Positions 1 to 8,387 of a DNA stretch of 24,000 nt are shown here, in pieces. A program made the translations under genes and the position numbers. Numbering within the stretch: position 1 is the first letter of the stretch; each line of letters begins with the position of its first letter. The stretch comes from Opitutales bacterium (GTDB taxonomy: Bacteria; Verrucomicrobiota; Verrucomicrobiia; Opitutales; Oceanipulchritudinaceae), in the NCBI GenBank assembly GCA_007134215.1, contig SLLG01000074.1:23258-47257 (forward strand), read 5' to 3'. The notes below the pieces were generated by a model. The model made no database searches. It saw only the letters and a program-made list of their open reading frames with translations, and had not been told where the DNA came from.

Positions 1-26
1 GGAGCCGGTCCCGCGAAAGGCACGGC

Positions 27-1580
27 TCACGGGGTGCTCCGCCGCCGGGCGGCGCGCCAGCGGTTGAGGACGGCGCGGGCTTCGTCGCGGCTGGCGAGGG
101 CGACGCAGGCGGCGTAGACGACGATACCGCCGGGGACGAGCACGCCCACGCGCACAAAGGCGTCGAGTTTCTCCGCGTCGAACATCCCACGCAGCCAGCC
201 GTCGCCGATCCACAGCGCAGCACCCATCACCGCCGAGGCGGCGAAGACGGTGGCATAGACACCTCGGCGCGAGGCCGTCGGCTCAAGGCGGCGGCGCAGC
301 AGGATTTCCAGCAACACAGCGTGCAGAGCGCTCGCTGCGACATTCGCGAAAGCAAGCCCGGCCACACCGAACGGGAGCATGAGCACGAGGCTCAAGACAA
401 GGTTGACGGCGAGGTTGAGAGCCCCGAGGCGCACGGGCGTCTTCATGTCCTGAAAGGCATGGAAGCCGCGCACGGAGAGCCCCATCCACGCGTAAAACGG
501 AATACCGCAGGCCGAGATGAAGAGCGGCCACAGCGTGGCCGCCACCTCCGCCCCGCCGAAGCGTCCCCACGCAAAGAGAAGGCTGAGTATCGGCTCCGCG
601 AGCACGGCGAGTCCGACGGAGGCCGGCACCGTAATGAGAAAAATCATACGCAGCCCCGCACCGTAGGTCCGGGCGAGTCCGCCGTCGTCCGCCCGCGCGC
701 GCAGGCGCGACATCTCGGGAAAGAGCACCGTGCTCACCGCGATGGCAAACACGCCGAGGGGCAGCTCCACAAGCCGCGCCGAGAGGTAGAGAATGGCCGA
801 GGCATCGTCGTCGAGCGAAAACGCGAGAAGCCTTGAGACAAGGATATTGATTTGAAAAATAGCCGCTCCGAGAAGGCCCGGCACAAGCAGCTCGAACACC
901 CGGTCGAGACGCGGCGGACGCTCCCGGCGCAGGGACGGCCGCCAGCCCTGCCGCGCGAGGTCGAGCGCCGGGATGAGCAGTTGCAGCCCGCCCCCCAGCA
1001 ACACCCCGCCGCACAGCCAGAGCGCCCGCTGCTGCGCCTGCCCCTCCGGCAGAAACGCACCCGCCGCGAGCGCGCCGATCATTGCGAGATTCAGCCAAAC
1101 AGCGGAGAGCGCCGGCCAGAGAAAGCGCCGCTCCACGTTGAGCGCCGCTCCGAGGATGGCGGCAATGCAAATCAGCGCCACGTAGGGCAGGAGGATGGCC
1201 GAGAGCGTCGAGCCAAGGTAGAACCGCTCCGCCAGCCCGCCCACCGCGTGCACCGATAGGAACAACCCCCAGCCGGCGATGATGATCAGCCCGAGCATGC
1301 CCGCAAGGCGCACAAGCACTGCGTTGAGCAGAAAGAATCCCGCCTCCCTTCCCTCCGTCTCGCGCGCCTCCGCGAGCACGGGGATGAAAGCCGACGACAG
1401 CGCCCCCTCGCCGAGCAGGCGGCGGAACAGGTTGGGCAGCGTGAAGGCAAGGATGAACGCCGAGTTCACCGCCCCCAAGCCGAGCAGTGCAAAAAGAAGA
1501 ATATCGCGCAGCAGCCCGAGCACGCGCGAGGTCATAGTGGCGACCGCCACCAGCGACACGTTTCTCAGGATCCCAGCCAT
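27..1580 (-). CDS. murJ: Lipid II flippase MurJ (MviN family), 517 aa
   Basis: ORF 27..1763(-) trimmed to the internal ATG (plus-strand cat at 1578-1580). From there it reads MAGILRNVSLVAVATMTSRVLGLLRDILLFALLG...NSAFILAFTLPNLFRRLLGEGALSSAFIPVL, the conserved MurJ N-terminal signature, followed by many hydrophobic helices. The 61 upstream codons are Arg/Ala-rich and overlap the end of the upstream TPR gene, so I treat them as over-extension. Confidence 0.9.
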   Translation of the reverse strand: MAGILRNVSLVAVATMTSRVLGLLRDILLFALLGLGAVNSAFILAFTLPNLFRRLLGEGALSSAFIPVLAEARETEGREAGFFLLNAVLVRLAGMLGLIIIAGWGLFLSVHAVGGLAERFYLGSTLSAILLPYVALICIAAILGAALNVERRFLWPALSAVWLNLAMIGALAAGAFLPEGQAQQRALWLCGGVLLGGGLQLLIPALDLARQGWRPSLRRERPPRLDRVFELLVPGLLGAAIFQINILVSRLLAFSLDDDASAILYLSARLVELPLGVFAIAVSTVLFPEMSRLRARADDGGLARTYGAGLRMIFLITVPASVGLAVLAEPILSLLFAWGRFGGAEVAATLWPLFISACGIPFYAWMGLSVRGFHAFQDMKTPVRLGALNLAVNLVLSLVLMLPFGVAGLAFANVAASALHAVLLEILLRRRLEPTASRRGVYATVFAASAVMGAALWIGDGWLRGMFDAEKLDAFVRVGVLVPGGIVVYAACVALASRDEARAVLNRWRAARRRSTP

Positions 1581-1587
1581 TGCGCTG

Positions 1588-4212
1588 CTATTCGAAGCGC
1601 TCAAGGCGCGCCAACGCCGTCGCCCGGCCCGGCAGGCCGCCTTCGACGACCGCCGTGTAGAGACGCAGCGCCGCGCCCGCGTCTCCCGCCTCTTCCGCTT
1701 CCGCGGCGAGTTCGAGAAGCGCGCGCGCCAGCCAGTAGCGGCCCTGCCGCTCCAGCCGCACATCGGCGTTCAACGAGGGATCAAACCGCGTGCGCACCGT
1801 CCAGAGGGCGCGCCCGGCTTCGTCCTGCCGCCCGAGCAAACGCAGCGCCACGGCGAGCTTCACCCCCGCTTCCACCCGTGCGTCGTAGGGCGCGGACGGC
1901 ATATCGACGATACGCTCGTAGACGAGCGCGGCATCCTCCACACTCCCCTCGTCCACACTCCCGCGGGCGAGAAGGCAATCCGCCCGGCCCATCTCCACAC
2001 GGTAGCGCTCGGGATGGTCGGAATAGGCGCGTAGCATGCGTTCGTAGAGCATCAGCGCGCTGCCGAAGTCATTCAGCTTCCGGGAAATATCGGCCTGCTT
2101 CAGGCGGGCGTAGAACACCAGCGGATGTCCCGGATAGCGCTGGATGAGGTCCTCCAGTGTGGTCACGGCATCGCGCAGGGCGCTGTTCGTCCCGCGGCGC
2201 TCGGCGTAAATCGCGGTCTCCCACAGGGCGATAGGCGCATACTCACTTTCCCGGTACTCGTCCGCCAGCCGCCGTAGCGTCTGCTGGGCCGCCCCGAGGC
2301 TGTCCCCCGCCCCGAAGTCGCGCGCGGAAATCAAAAACGAGAGAATGGCCGGACCCGACGCCGGGTAGCGTACGCGCAGATCCTCAAACACGGCGTTGCC
2401 CGCCTCGGTGTCTCCCTGCGCGTAATACGCCTCGCCCTTGAGGAGCAGAACATGGCTGGCCACGGGAACGGGCTCCGCCTGGACGACGAGGGGCAACCCC
2501 TCCCGCCCGCCGCCGGGGGCGACCTCCCGCACCCTTTCCTCGGCCCCCTCAAGGTAGGCGAGCAACCCGTCGGCAAGCGCCACGGCGCGCTCCGTCTGTC
2601 CGGCGTCCAGCGCGAGCCGCGCCTCCAGCCAACGGAAACGCACGGCAAGACCGGACGGAATGCCCGCCTCCACCGCCTCGCCGACAAGATTCTCCACCCG
2701 CGCTAGCGCTTCGTCGCTGCGGCCCGCCCGGCGCATGGCGTCGATCAGGTTCCACTCCGCCCGCCAACGCACCGCCTCCTCCAGCCTCCCGGGCGCGGCC
2801 GCCTCGTCGAGCGTCGCCCGCGCCCGGTCGAACCGGCCCGAACGGATATCCGCCACGACCCACGGCAGAATCAGCCCCGGCCGTTCCTCCGCCGGAAGCT
2901 CGCGGTAGACCTCGGCGTAGACGTCGGATGCCGCCCCGTAGTCCCGGTTTTTGAAATAACAGTCGCCCATGAGCACGCCGAGGCGCGCGCGCTCCGGCCC
3001 GGGCTCCGTCTCCGCGCGCAGGCGGTTGAGGTAATCCGCCGCTGTGCGGTAGCGCGGCAGTTCGCGGCTCCAGTTCAGGTAGGCGAGGAGCCGGTGCGCG
3101 TGCCGGACGAGGGGCGAACCCGGGAATTCTTCGAGCAGCCGCATGGCGTCCGCCTCGGCCCCTTCGAAAGCACCCGCCGCGGCGCGGCGCAGGGCACGCA
3201 GCATCAGTACTTGGTCGCGCAAAGGATGCTCCGGATGCTCCTCCAGTAAATTCGTCAGAAAGGTGTCGAACTCGGGTCGGCTCCCGTCGGTCAGCGGGCC
3301 GCGGGCAAGAAGGTGAATCGCCGTTTCCCGCTGCGCGCGGTCGGCGTCCGCGAGGACGAGCTGACGCAGCGCGAGCCGACCCCGCCCGGTCTCCTCGCCG
3401 GAAATCATCCCCATGAGCAGCAGAAACGACGGCCGCAGGCCCGTCTCCGCAAGACCCGGCGAGCGCAGCTGCCGGTCCAGCACCTCGACCGCGTCCGAAG
3501 TCCGGCCCTCGGACTGCAAGGCGATGGCCAGCAACCGCGCGGCTTCGAACCCGCCGCGCTGCCCGCGCATCGAGCGTTCCGTCGCGCGCAGTTCGGAGAC
3601 ACTCGCCGAAGTGCCCGCCTCCATCTCCGCCCGCAGTCGCATGACTTCAAACTGCGTGCGAAGCGTCGGTGAAGCCGCGAGCTGGCTCGCCTGCTCAAAC
3701 CGAGACGACGCCCCGGACCCGTCCCCCGTCCGCGCGAGGAGCAGCGCTTCGAGGAGAAAATACCACGCCCGGTCGTCCGGCCCGAGACCGGTCGGCGGAA
3801 ACCGGCTGAGGATCTCGCGCGCGCCGTCGGTTTCGTCCGCGAAAAACGCCGTGAACGCCCGGCGGAGCAGCCATTCCGGTTCATCCTGCCGGGGATACGA
3901 CTCGAGAGCATCCGCCGCCTCCGCAAAGGCACCGAGCGCGATCAGTGCCGAGGCATAGGGCAGCAGAATCGCCTCCCGCGCCTCTTCCGCGAGATCCGCC
4001 GCAAGGGCGGCCTCGAAAAACCGCCGCGCCATGCCCGGAAACCCCTGCTCCAACGCGGCATGCGCCGATTCGAGGTCCCAGTAAATCCGCCCACGCTCCG
4101 CCGCAGCCTCCGCCGCGTCGGGCGCGCCGGGGTCGTCAAGGGGAACCGCCGCGGACACCGCCGCCGCCCACAGCCATCCCGACACCACCACAATCGCGGT
4201 CGCCTTCAACAT
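1588..4212 (-). CDS. Secreted/periplasmic tetratricopeptide-repeat (TPR) protein, 874 aa
   Basis: ORF 1588..4242(-). The track start is GTG (plus cac at 4240-4242), so I trimmed to ATG at 4210-4212, giving MLKATAIVVVSGWLWAAAVSAAVPL, a signal-peptide-like N-terminus. The body is Ala/Leu/Arg/Glu-rich with recurring helical-pair repeats (e.g. GDCYFKNRDYGAASDVYAEV, KGEAYYAQGDTEAGNAVFEDL, YARLKQADISRKLNDFGSALMLYERM) typical of TPR. Its stop lies 7 nt before the murJ start. Confidence 0.75.
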   Translation of the reverse strand: MLKATAIVVVSGWLWAAAVSAAVPLDDPGAPDAAEAAAERGRIYWDLESAHAALEQGFPGMARRFFEAALAADLAEEAREAILLPYASALIALGAFAEAADALESYPRQDEPEWLLRRAFTAFFADETDGAREILSRFPPTGLGPDDRAWYFLLEALLLARTGDGSGASSRFEQASQLAASPTLRTQFEVMRLRAEMEAGTSASVSELRATERSMRGQRGGFEAARLLAIALQSEGRTSDAVEVLDRQLRSPGLAETGLRPSFLLLMGMISGEETGRGRLALRQLVLADADRAQRETAIHLLARGPLTDGSRPEFDTFLTNLLEEHPEHPLRDQVLMLRALRRAAAGAFEGAEADAMRLLEEFPGSPLVRHAHRLLAYLNWSRELPRYRTAADYLNRLRAETEPGPERARLGVLMGDCYFKNRDYGAASDVYAEVYRELPAEERPGLILPWVVADIRSGRFDRARATLDEAAAPGRLEEAVRWRAEWNLIDAMRRAGRSDEALARVENLVGEAVEAGIPSGLAVRFRWLEARLALDAGQTERAVALADGLLAYLEGAEERVREVAPGGGREGLPLVVQAEPVPVASHVLLLKGEAYYAQGDTEAGNAVFEDLRVRYPASGPAILSFLISARDFGAGDSLGAAQQTLRRLADEYRESEYAPIALWETAIYAERRGTNSALRDAVTTLEDLIQRYPGHPLVFYARLKQADISRKLNDFGSALMLYERMLRAYSDHPERYRVEMGRADCLLARGSVDEGSVEDAALVYERIVDMPSAPYDARVEAGVKLAVALRLLGRQDEAGRALWTVRTRFDPSLNADVRLERQGRYWLARALLELAAEAEEAGDAGAALRLYTAVVEGGLPGRATALARLERFE

Positions 4213-4549
4213 CGTCACCACACAGTAGCCCGCGCCGCTCACCGGTCAATCCTCCCCCTCGCACGCCCCGGGTGAATCATGAGCCCGACAAACCGCTTCA
4301 CCGGTCCGGGCCCCGCCTGTTGCCTGCACCGCATGAACCCGCCGGGTGAATTTGGCAGACGTTCCCGCCTCCAGCCAGTTTTCGGGTCATCGTTGCGCGC
4401 TCGGTCGGATGGCCGTAGCTGCCTGGCCTCGCCTCGACCGCGCTCGTCGAAGGTGGGTCGGCAGCATGGTGCGCACGCTCGGCGGTGGCCCTGCCCACCC
4501 GGGCGTCGGTTGGCATTGCAGGTCGGGGCCGGGGCGGTAGGCTGGCGGC

Positions 4550-6454
4550 ATGATGACACCTCCTGCACCGGACTGGCGGGCCATACTGCGGCCCGGGAGC
4601 CACCTTTTCCTTGGCGGGGGCGCGGCGTGCCCGCTTGCGCTGGTGGAGGCGATGCTGCGGGAGGAGAAGCGGTTCAGCGATCTGGAGCTGATGCACGGGC
4701 GCATCCTCGGGCCGACACCATGGACGGAGGCCCGCTACCGCGACAACCTGCGGGTAAACGCCTTTTTCCCGTCCGGCCCGGGAACGGATAGCCCCGAGGG
4801 CACGTACGAAGACTACACACCCGCGCACACATCGGACATTCCCGCCCTTTTCGCGGAGGCGATTATCCGTGTGAACGTCGTCCTGCTCATGGTTTCCCCG
4901 CCTGACGATTACGGTTACTGTTCGCTCGGACCATGCGTGGATCTCACGCCCGCCGCCATGCGCTCTGCCCGGCTCGTCGTGGCGCAGATCAACCCGAAGT
5001 GTCCGCGCACGTCCGCCTTTGTCCATATCTCCCAACTGCACTACGCGATCGAGGCGGAGACGGAGCTACCGGAGCTGCCGGCCCCGGAGGTTACGGCGGA
5101 GTTTGAGAAGATCGGCGGCTACTGCGCGCAGCTCATCAACGACGGCGACACAGTGCAACTGGGCACCGGCCCCGAGGCGTTCGCATTGGCCCGAGTGTTA
5201 CGCGATCACCGTCAACTCGGCATCCACAGCGAGACCTTCGGCGACGCGCTCATGGATCTCTTCCGGCGGGGCGTGGTCGACAACTCGCGCAAGTCTCTCC
5301 TCCCGGGGCGCGCCATCGCCTCGAGCGTCCTCGGTTCCCAAGGTCTCTACAGCTTCCTCGACGGCAACCCGCACATCGACCTGCGGTCCGCCGATTTTAC
5401 GAGCAACCCGATCACCATCGCACGTAACGAGAACATGGTTGCGGTAAGCAGCGCGCTGAGCGTCGACCTTTCGGGGCAGGTCGTCATCGACTCCCTGCAC
5501 GGGCACACCCGCCGCGGGCTCGGCAGTCAGGTAGACTTCGCGCGCGGTGCGGGCATGAGCCGGGGCGGCCGCGCCATCGTCGCCATGCCGTCGACGGGCG
5601 TCGACGCCGAGGGCAAGCGGTATTCCCGCATCGTCGCCGAGCTGCCGGCGGGCGCCGGCGTCGGCCTCAACCGCGCCGATGTCTACTACATCGTCACCGA
5701 ACACGGCGTCGCCTCCCTGCGCGGCAGCACGGTGCAGGAGCGCGTCCTCGAACTCATCCAGGTGGCGCACCCCGACTTCCGCGCGGAACTCATCGAGTCG
5801 GCCCGCGCGCGGCACCTTGTGCCCGTGTATGTGCAATTGCCGCCGCCCCACGAGGAGGCCGCCGAGGCCATTCAGATCCGCAAGATCCGGCTGCGCGACG
5901 GGCGCGACTACATCCTCCGCCCGCTCAATCCTTCGGACGACCGCCGCCTCCAGGAATTCTTCTACAGCCACACCGAGGAGACGATCATCCGCCGTTACGG
6001 CTTCACCGTCACGCGCATGAGCCGGGAGCGCGCCTTCGAACTTGTCGGCGTGGACCAGAACCGCGACCTCGCCCTCGCCGTCATCGAGCTGCACGGACCC
6101 CGCCAGATCATCCATGCCGTCGGCCGCTACTACCTAGACCGGGGCGGCAAGAGCGCGGAGATGGCCTTCGTCGTCGGCGAGCAGAAGCGCCGCCTCGGCA
6201 TGACACGGCAGCTCCTCGAGCGCATGATCGAAATCGCCTCGTCGCGCGGGCTCGACCACCTCTGGGCGCAGGTCGACCGCGGCAATACGCCCATGCTCGC
6301 GCTCTTCCGCAAGTTCGAGATCCGCGAGAAACCGGGCGACGATGCCGGCACCATCCGCGTCGAGTTGCCGCTCAAGGCCGACCGGACGGGAAAAACCGGG
6401 AAAAACGGAGCGCGCTCATTTTTAGGATTTACCGGTTTGAAAAAGAAGCGCTGA
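4550..6454 (+). CDS. Bifunctional acetyl-CoA hydrolase/transferase-family domain fused to a C-terminal GNAT N-acetyltransferase, 634 aa
   Basis: ATG at 4550 (a second ATG at 4553). The N-terminal ~430 aa carry CoA-transferase family patterns (VDLSGQVVIDSLHGHTRRGLGSQVDFARGA, GGRAIVAMPST, SRIVAEL, RADVYYIVTEHGVASLRGSTVQERVLELIQVAHPDFRAELI). The C-terminal ~170 aa are GNAT-like (IRLRDGRDYILRPLNPSDDRRLQEFFY ... AEMAFVVGEQKRRLGMTRQLLERMIEIASSRGLDHLWAQV). Confidence 0.85.
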   Translation: MMTPPAPDWRAILRPGSHLFLGGGAACPLALVEAMLREEKRFSDLELMHGRILGPTPWTEARYRDNLRVNAFFPSGPGTDSPEGTYEDYTPAHTSDIPALFAEAIIRVNVVLLMVSPPDDYGYCSLGPCVDLTPAAMRSARLVVAQINPKCPRTSAFVHISQLHYAIEAETELPELPAPEVTAEFEKIGGYCAQLINDGDTVQLGTGPEAFALARVLRDHRQLGIHSETFGDALMDLFRRGVVDNSRKSLLPGRAIASSVLGSQGLYSFLDGNPHIDLRSADFTSNPITIARNENMVAVSSALSVDLSGQVVIDSLHGHTRRGLGSQVDFARGAGMSRGGRAIVAMPSTGVDAEGKRYSRIVAELPAGAGVGLNRADVYYIVTEHGVASLRGSTVQERVLELIQVAHPDFRAELIESARARHLVPVYVQLPPPHEEAAEAIQIRKIRLRDGRDYILRPLNPSDDRRLQEFFYSHTEETIIRRYGFTVTRMSRERAFELVGVDQNRDLALAVIELHGPRQIIHAVGRYYLDRGGKSAEMAFVVGEQKRRLGMTRQLLERMIEIASSRGLDHLWAQVDRGNTPMLALFRKFEIREKPGDDAGTIRVELPLKADRTGKTGKNGARSFLGFTGLKKKR

Positions 6455-6474
6455 CCCGTTTGCATCGCCACCTG

Positions 6475-7344
6475 ATGGAACCACAACAATACGCCGAATC
6501 CGACTGGCCGCCGAAGGCCTACAAAAACGCCGATTTCCTCAACAGCTCCGAAGCCCGCAAGGTGCGCGTCCTCTGCGAGATGACCGAGCCCGAATCGCGC
6601 TTCCGCGCGGAGAACGTCGAAGACACCATTGTCATGTTCGGGTCGGCCCGCATCCGGCCGGGGGAGGATGCGGAAAAACGCCTCAAGGCCGCCGAAGAAC
6701 GCGTTGCGGGCAATCCGGAGCCCACGAAGCTCGAGCGCGACGCGCTGCGTCAGGCCAAGGCCGCCGTGAAAGCCGCCCCCTACTACACTGCCTGCGTCGA
6801 ACTCTCCGAGGCGCTGACCCGCTGGTCCATGGGGCTAAAAGACCGCCGCCGCCGCTTCATCGTGTGCTCGGGCGGCGGCCCTGGCATCATGGAAGCGGCC
6901 AACCGCGGGGCGCGCCAAGCCGGCGGCTGCTCCATCGGCCTCGGCATCAGTCTGCCCTTCGAGCAGGGGCTCAACCCCTACATCACGCGCAACCTTCAGT
7001 TCGAGTTCCACTACTTCTTCGTGCGAAAATACTGGTTTGTCTACCTCGCTAAGGCGCTCGTCGTCTTTCCCGGCGGCTTCGGCACAATGGACGAACTCTT
7101 CGAGACACTCACCCTCGTGCAGACGCGCAAGATCAAGAAGGCCATGCCCGTCGTCCTCTTCGGCAGCGAGTTCTGGAACGACATCCTCAACTTCGACAAA
7201 TTCGTCGAATGGGGCGTCATCTCGCCCGAGGACCTTGATCTCTTCAAAATCTGCGACACAGTTGATGAGGCGAGGGAACACATTACCACCGCGCTCACCG
7301 AGCGCTACCTGAACAATGCCGCCCCTGCGAAAAGCCCTGCGTGA
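6475..7344 (+). CDS. LOG-family (TIGR00730-type, lysine-decarboxylase-like) Rossmann-fold protein, 289 aa
   Basis: The track ORF starts at TTG 6460; the first ATG is 6475 (MEPQQY...). LOG signatures are present: VMFGSARI, CSGGGPGIMEAANRGA, VVFPGGFGTMDELFETLTLVQT. The TTG start at 6460 cannot be excluded. Confidence 0.85.
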   Translation: MEPQQYAESDWPPKAYKNADFLNSSEARKVRVLCEMTEPESRFRAENVEDTIVMFGSARIRPGEDAEKRLKAAEERVAGNPEPTKLERDALRQAKAAVKAAPYYTACVELSEALTRWSMGLKDRRRRFIVCSGGGPGIMEAANRGARQAGGCSIGLGISLPFEQGLNPYITRNLQFEFHYFFVRKYWFVYLAKALVVFPGGFGTMDELFETLTLVQTRKIKKAMPVVLFGSEFWNDILNFDKFVEWGVISPEDLDLFKICDTVDEAREHITTALTERYLNNAAPAKSPA

Positions 7345-7774
7345 AACCGCCCGCGGCGCCACCGGAATCCTCTTCCTGAGCGCCCTCCTCGCTGTCGTCA
7401 CAGCGTGGATGCACCCGCGAGCGCCCGCCTACAGCGAGGGACGCCTCGAAGCGGGGGAGATCACCCTCTCCATGGCCCACCGCTTCGAGGGCAATGTCCT
7501 CTGGATCGACGCCCGCGCCGCCTACGAATACGAGGCGGGACACATCCCCGGCGCCGTCCTCCTCAATGAAGACGACTGGGACGAAGGCCTCTTCCGCTTC
7601 TTCGACGCCCATGCGGACGACCCCGACGCGCTCATCGTCGTCTACTGCGGGCAGGAGGGCTGCCAGTCGAGCAAAGCCGTGGCCGCGCGCCTGCGCCGCG
7701 AGGCCGGGCTCGAACAAGTCTACCACCTCCAGGGCGGCTGGGCCGCGTGGACCGAAGCGGAGGGCACACCATGA
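7316..7774 (+). CDS. Membrane-anchored rhodanese-domain protein, 152 aa
   Basis: ATG at 7316 overlaps the LOG gene 3' end by 29 nt. There is an N-terminal hydrophobic anchor (GILFLSALLAVVTAW), then rhodanese patterns: LWIDARAAYEYEAGHIPGAVLL, active-site-loop-like VVYCGQEGCQSSKAVAARL, and YHLQGGWAAW. Confidence 0.8.
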   Translation: MPPLRKALRETARGATGILFLSALLAVVTAWMHPRAPAYSEGRLEAGEITLSMAHRFEGNVLWIDARAAYEYEAGHIPGAVLLNEDDWDEGLFRFFDAHADDPDALIVVYCGQEGCQSSKAVAARLRREAGLEQVYHLQGGWAAWTEAEGTP

Positions 7775-8181
7775 GCGCCGCCCATGCCCTCCTCCGCCCG
7801 GTGCTGCGCGCCGCGCTCACGGCAGTCTTCCTCCTCTCCGGCGCGCTCAAGCTCGCCGCCCCCGACCGGTTTCTCTTCGACCTCCAGGCTTTCGGGTTCG
7901 TCCCCTACCCGCTCGCCTACACGACCGCCTTTCTTCTCCCGTGGCTCGAAGTCGTCGCCGCAGCCGCGCTCTGGTCGCCGCCCTTCCGGCGCGGAGGCGC
8001 GGGGGTGCTCGCCATTATGACCGCCGTCTTCATCGTCTTCATCGGCACCGCCGCCGCCCTCGGGCTCGACGCCGACTGCGGGTGCTTCGGCGACTGGTTC
8101 GTCTTCCCCAACCCCGCCGCCCACATCGCCTTCAACACCGCCCTCCTCGCCGCCCTCGGCTATACATGGTGGAAGCGGTGA
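7771..8181 (+). CDS. MauE/DoxX-family redox-associated membrane protein, 136 aa
   Basis: ORF 7747..8181 trimmed to ATG 7771, which overlaps the rhodanese TGA (ATGA coupling). It has four hydrophobic helices: VFLLSGALKLAAP, LLPWLEVVAAAAL and the family-typical DCGCFG motif. Confidence 0.7.
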   Translation: MSAAHALLRPVLRAALTAVFLLSGALKLAAPDRFLFDLQAFGFVPYPLAYTTAFLLPWLEVVAAAALWSPPFRRGGAGVLAIMTAVFIVFIGTAAALGLDADCGCFGDWFVFPNPAAHIAFNTALLAALGYTWWKR

Positions 8182-8387
8182 GGGGTGCCGGCACCGACGC
8201 CCGGCCAAGCCCGCGTGCCGTGCGGGCGCAGCCCGCCGTGGACTGCCTTTCGACAGGCCCGGACCCCGAGCTTTACTCACATCGTCTCCCGAAGGGACTC
8301 CGCAGCAAAGCGAAGGGTTGGCCGCCCAGGCCTGCCTTGGAATATTGTCGTCGATTCCACCCTACGCCGAAGGCGTTGCGCGGGTCC

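Noticed and set aside
4353-4368. Sigma54-like TGGCAG-N5 element upstream of the CoA-transferase/GNAT gene
   Set aside because: The -12 element reads CCCGC instead of TTGC. Only the -24 GG part matches.
8182-8387. Possible tRNA (TCGATTCC T-loop-like string at 8351-8358) or bidirectional terminators in the convergent gap
   Set aside because: No complementary T-stem or acceptor stem surrounds the string. The hairpins present (gcccgc-N7-gcgggc 8209-8227, tccc-gaa-ggga 8287-8297, acgcc-gaa-ggcgt 8364-8376, palindrome ggtgccggcacc 8184-8195) are short and lack U-tracts, so none is called as a canonical terminator.
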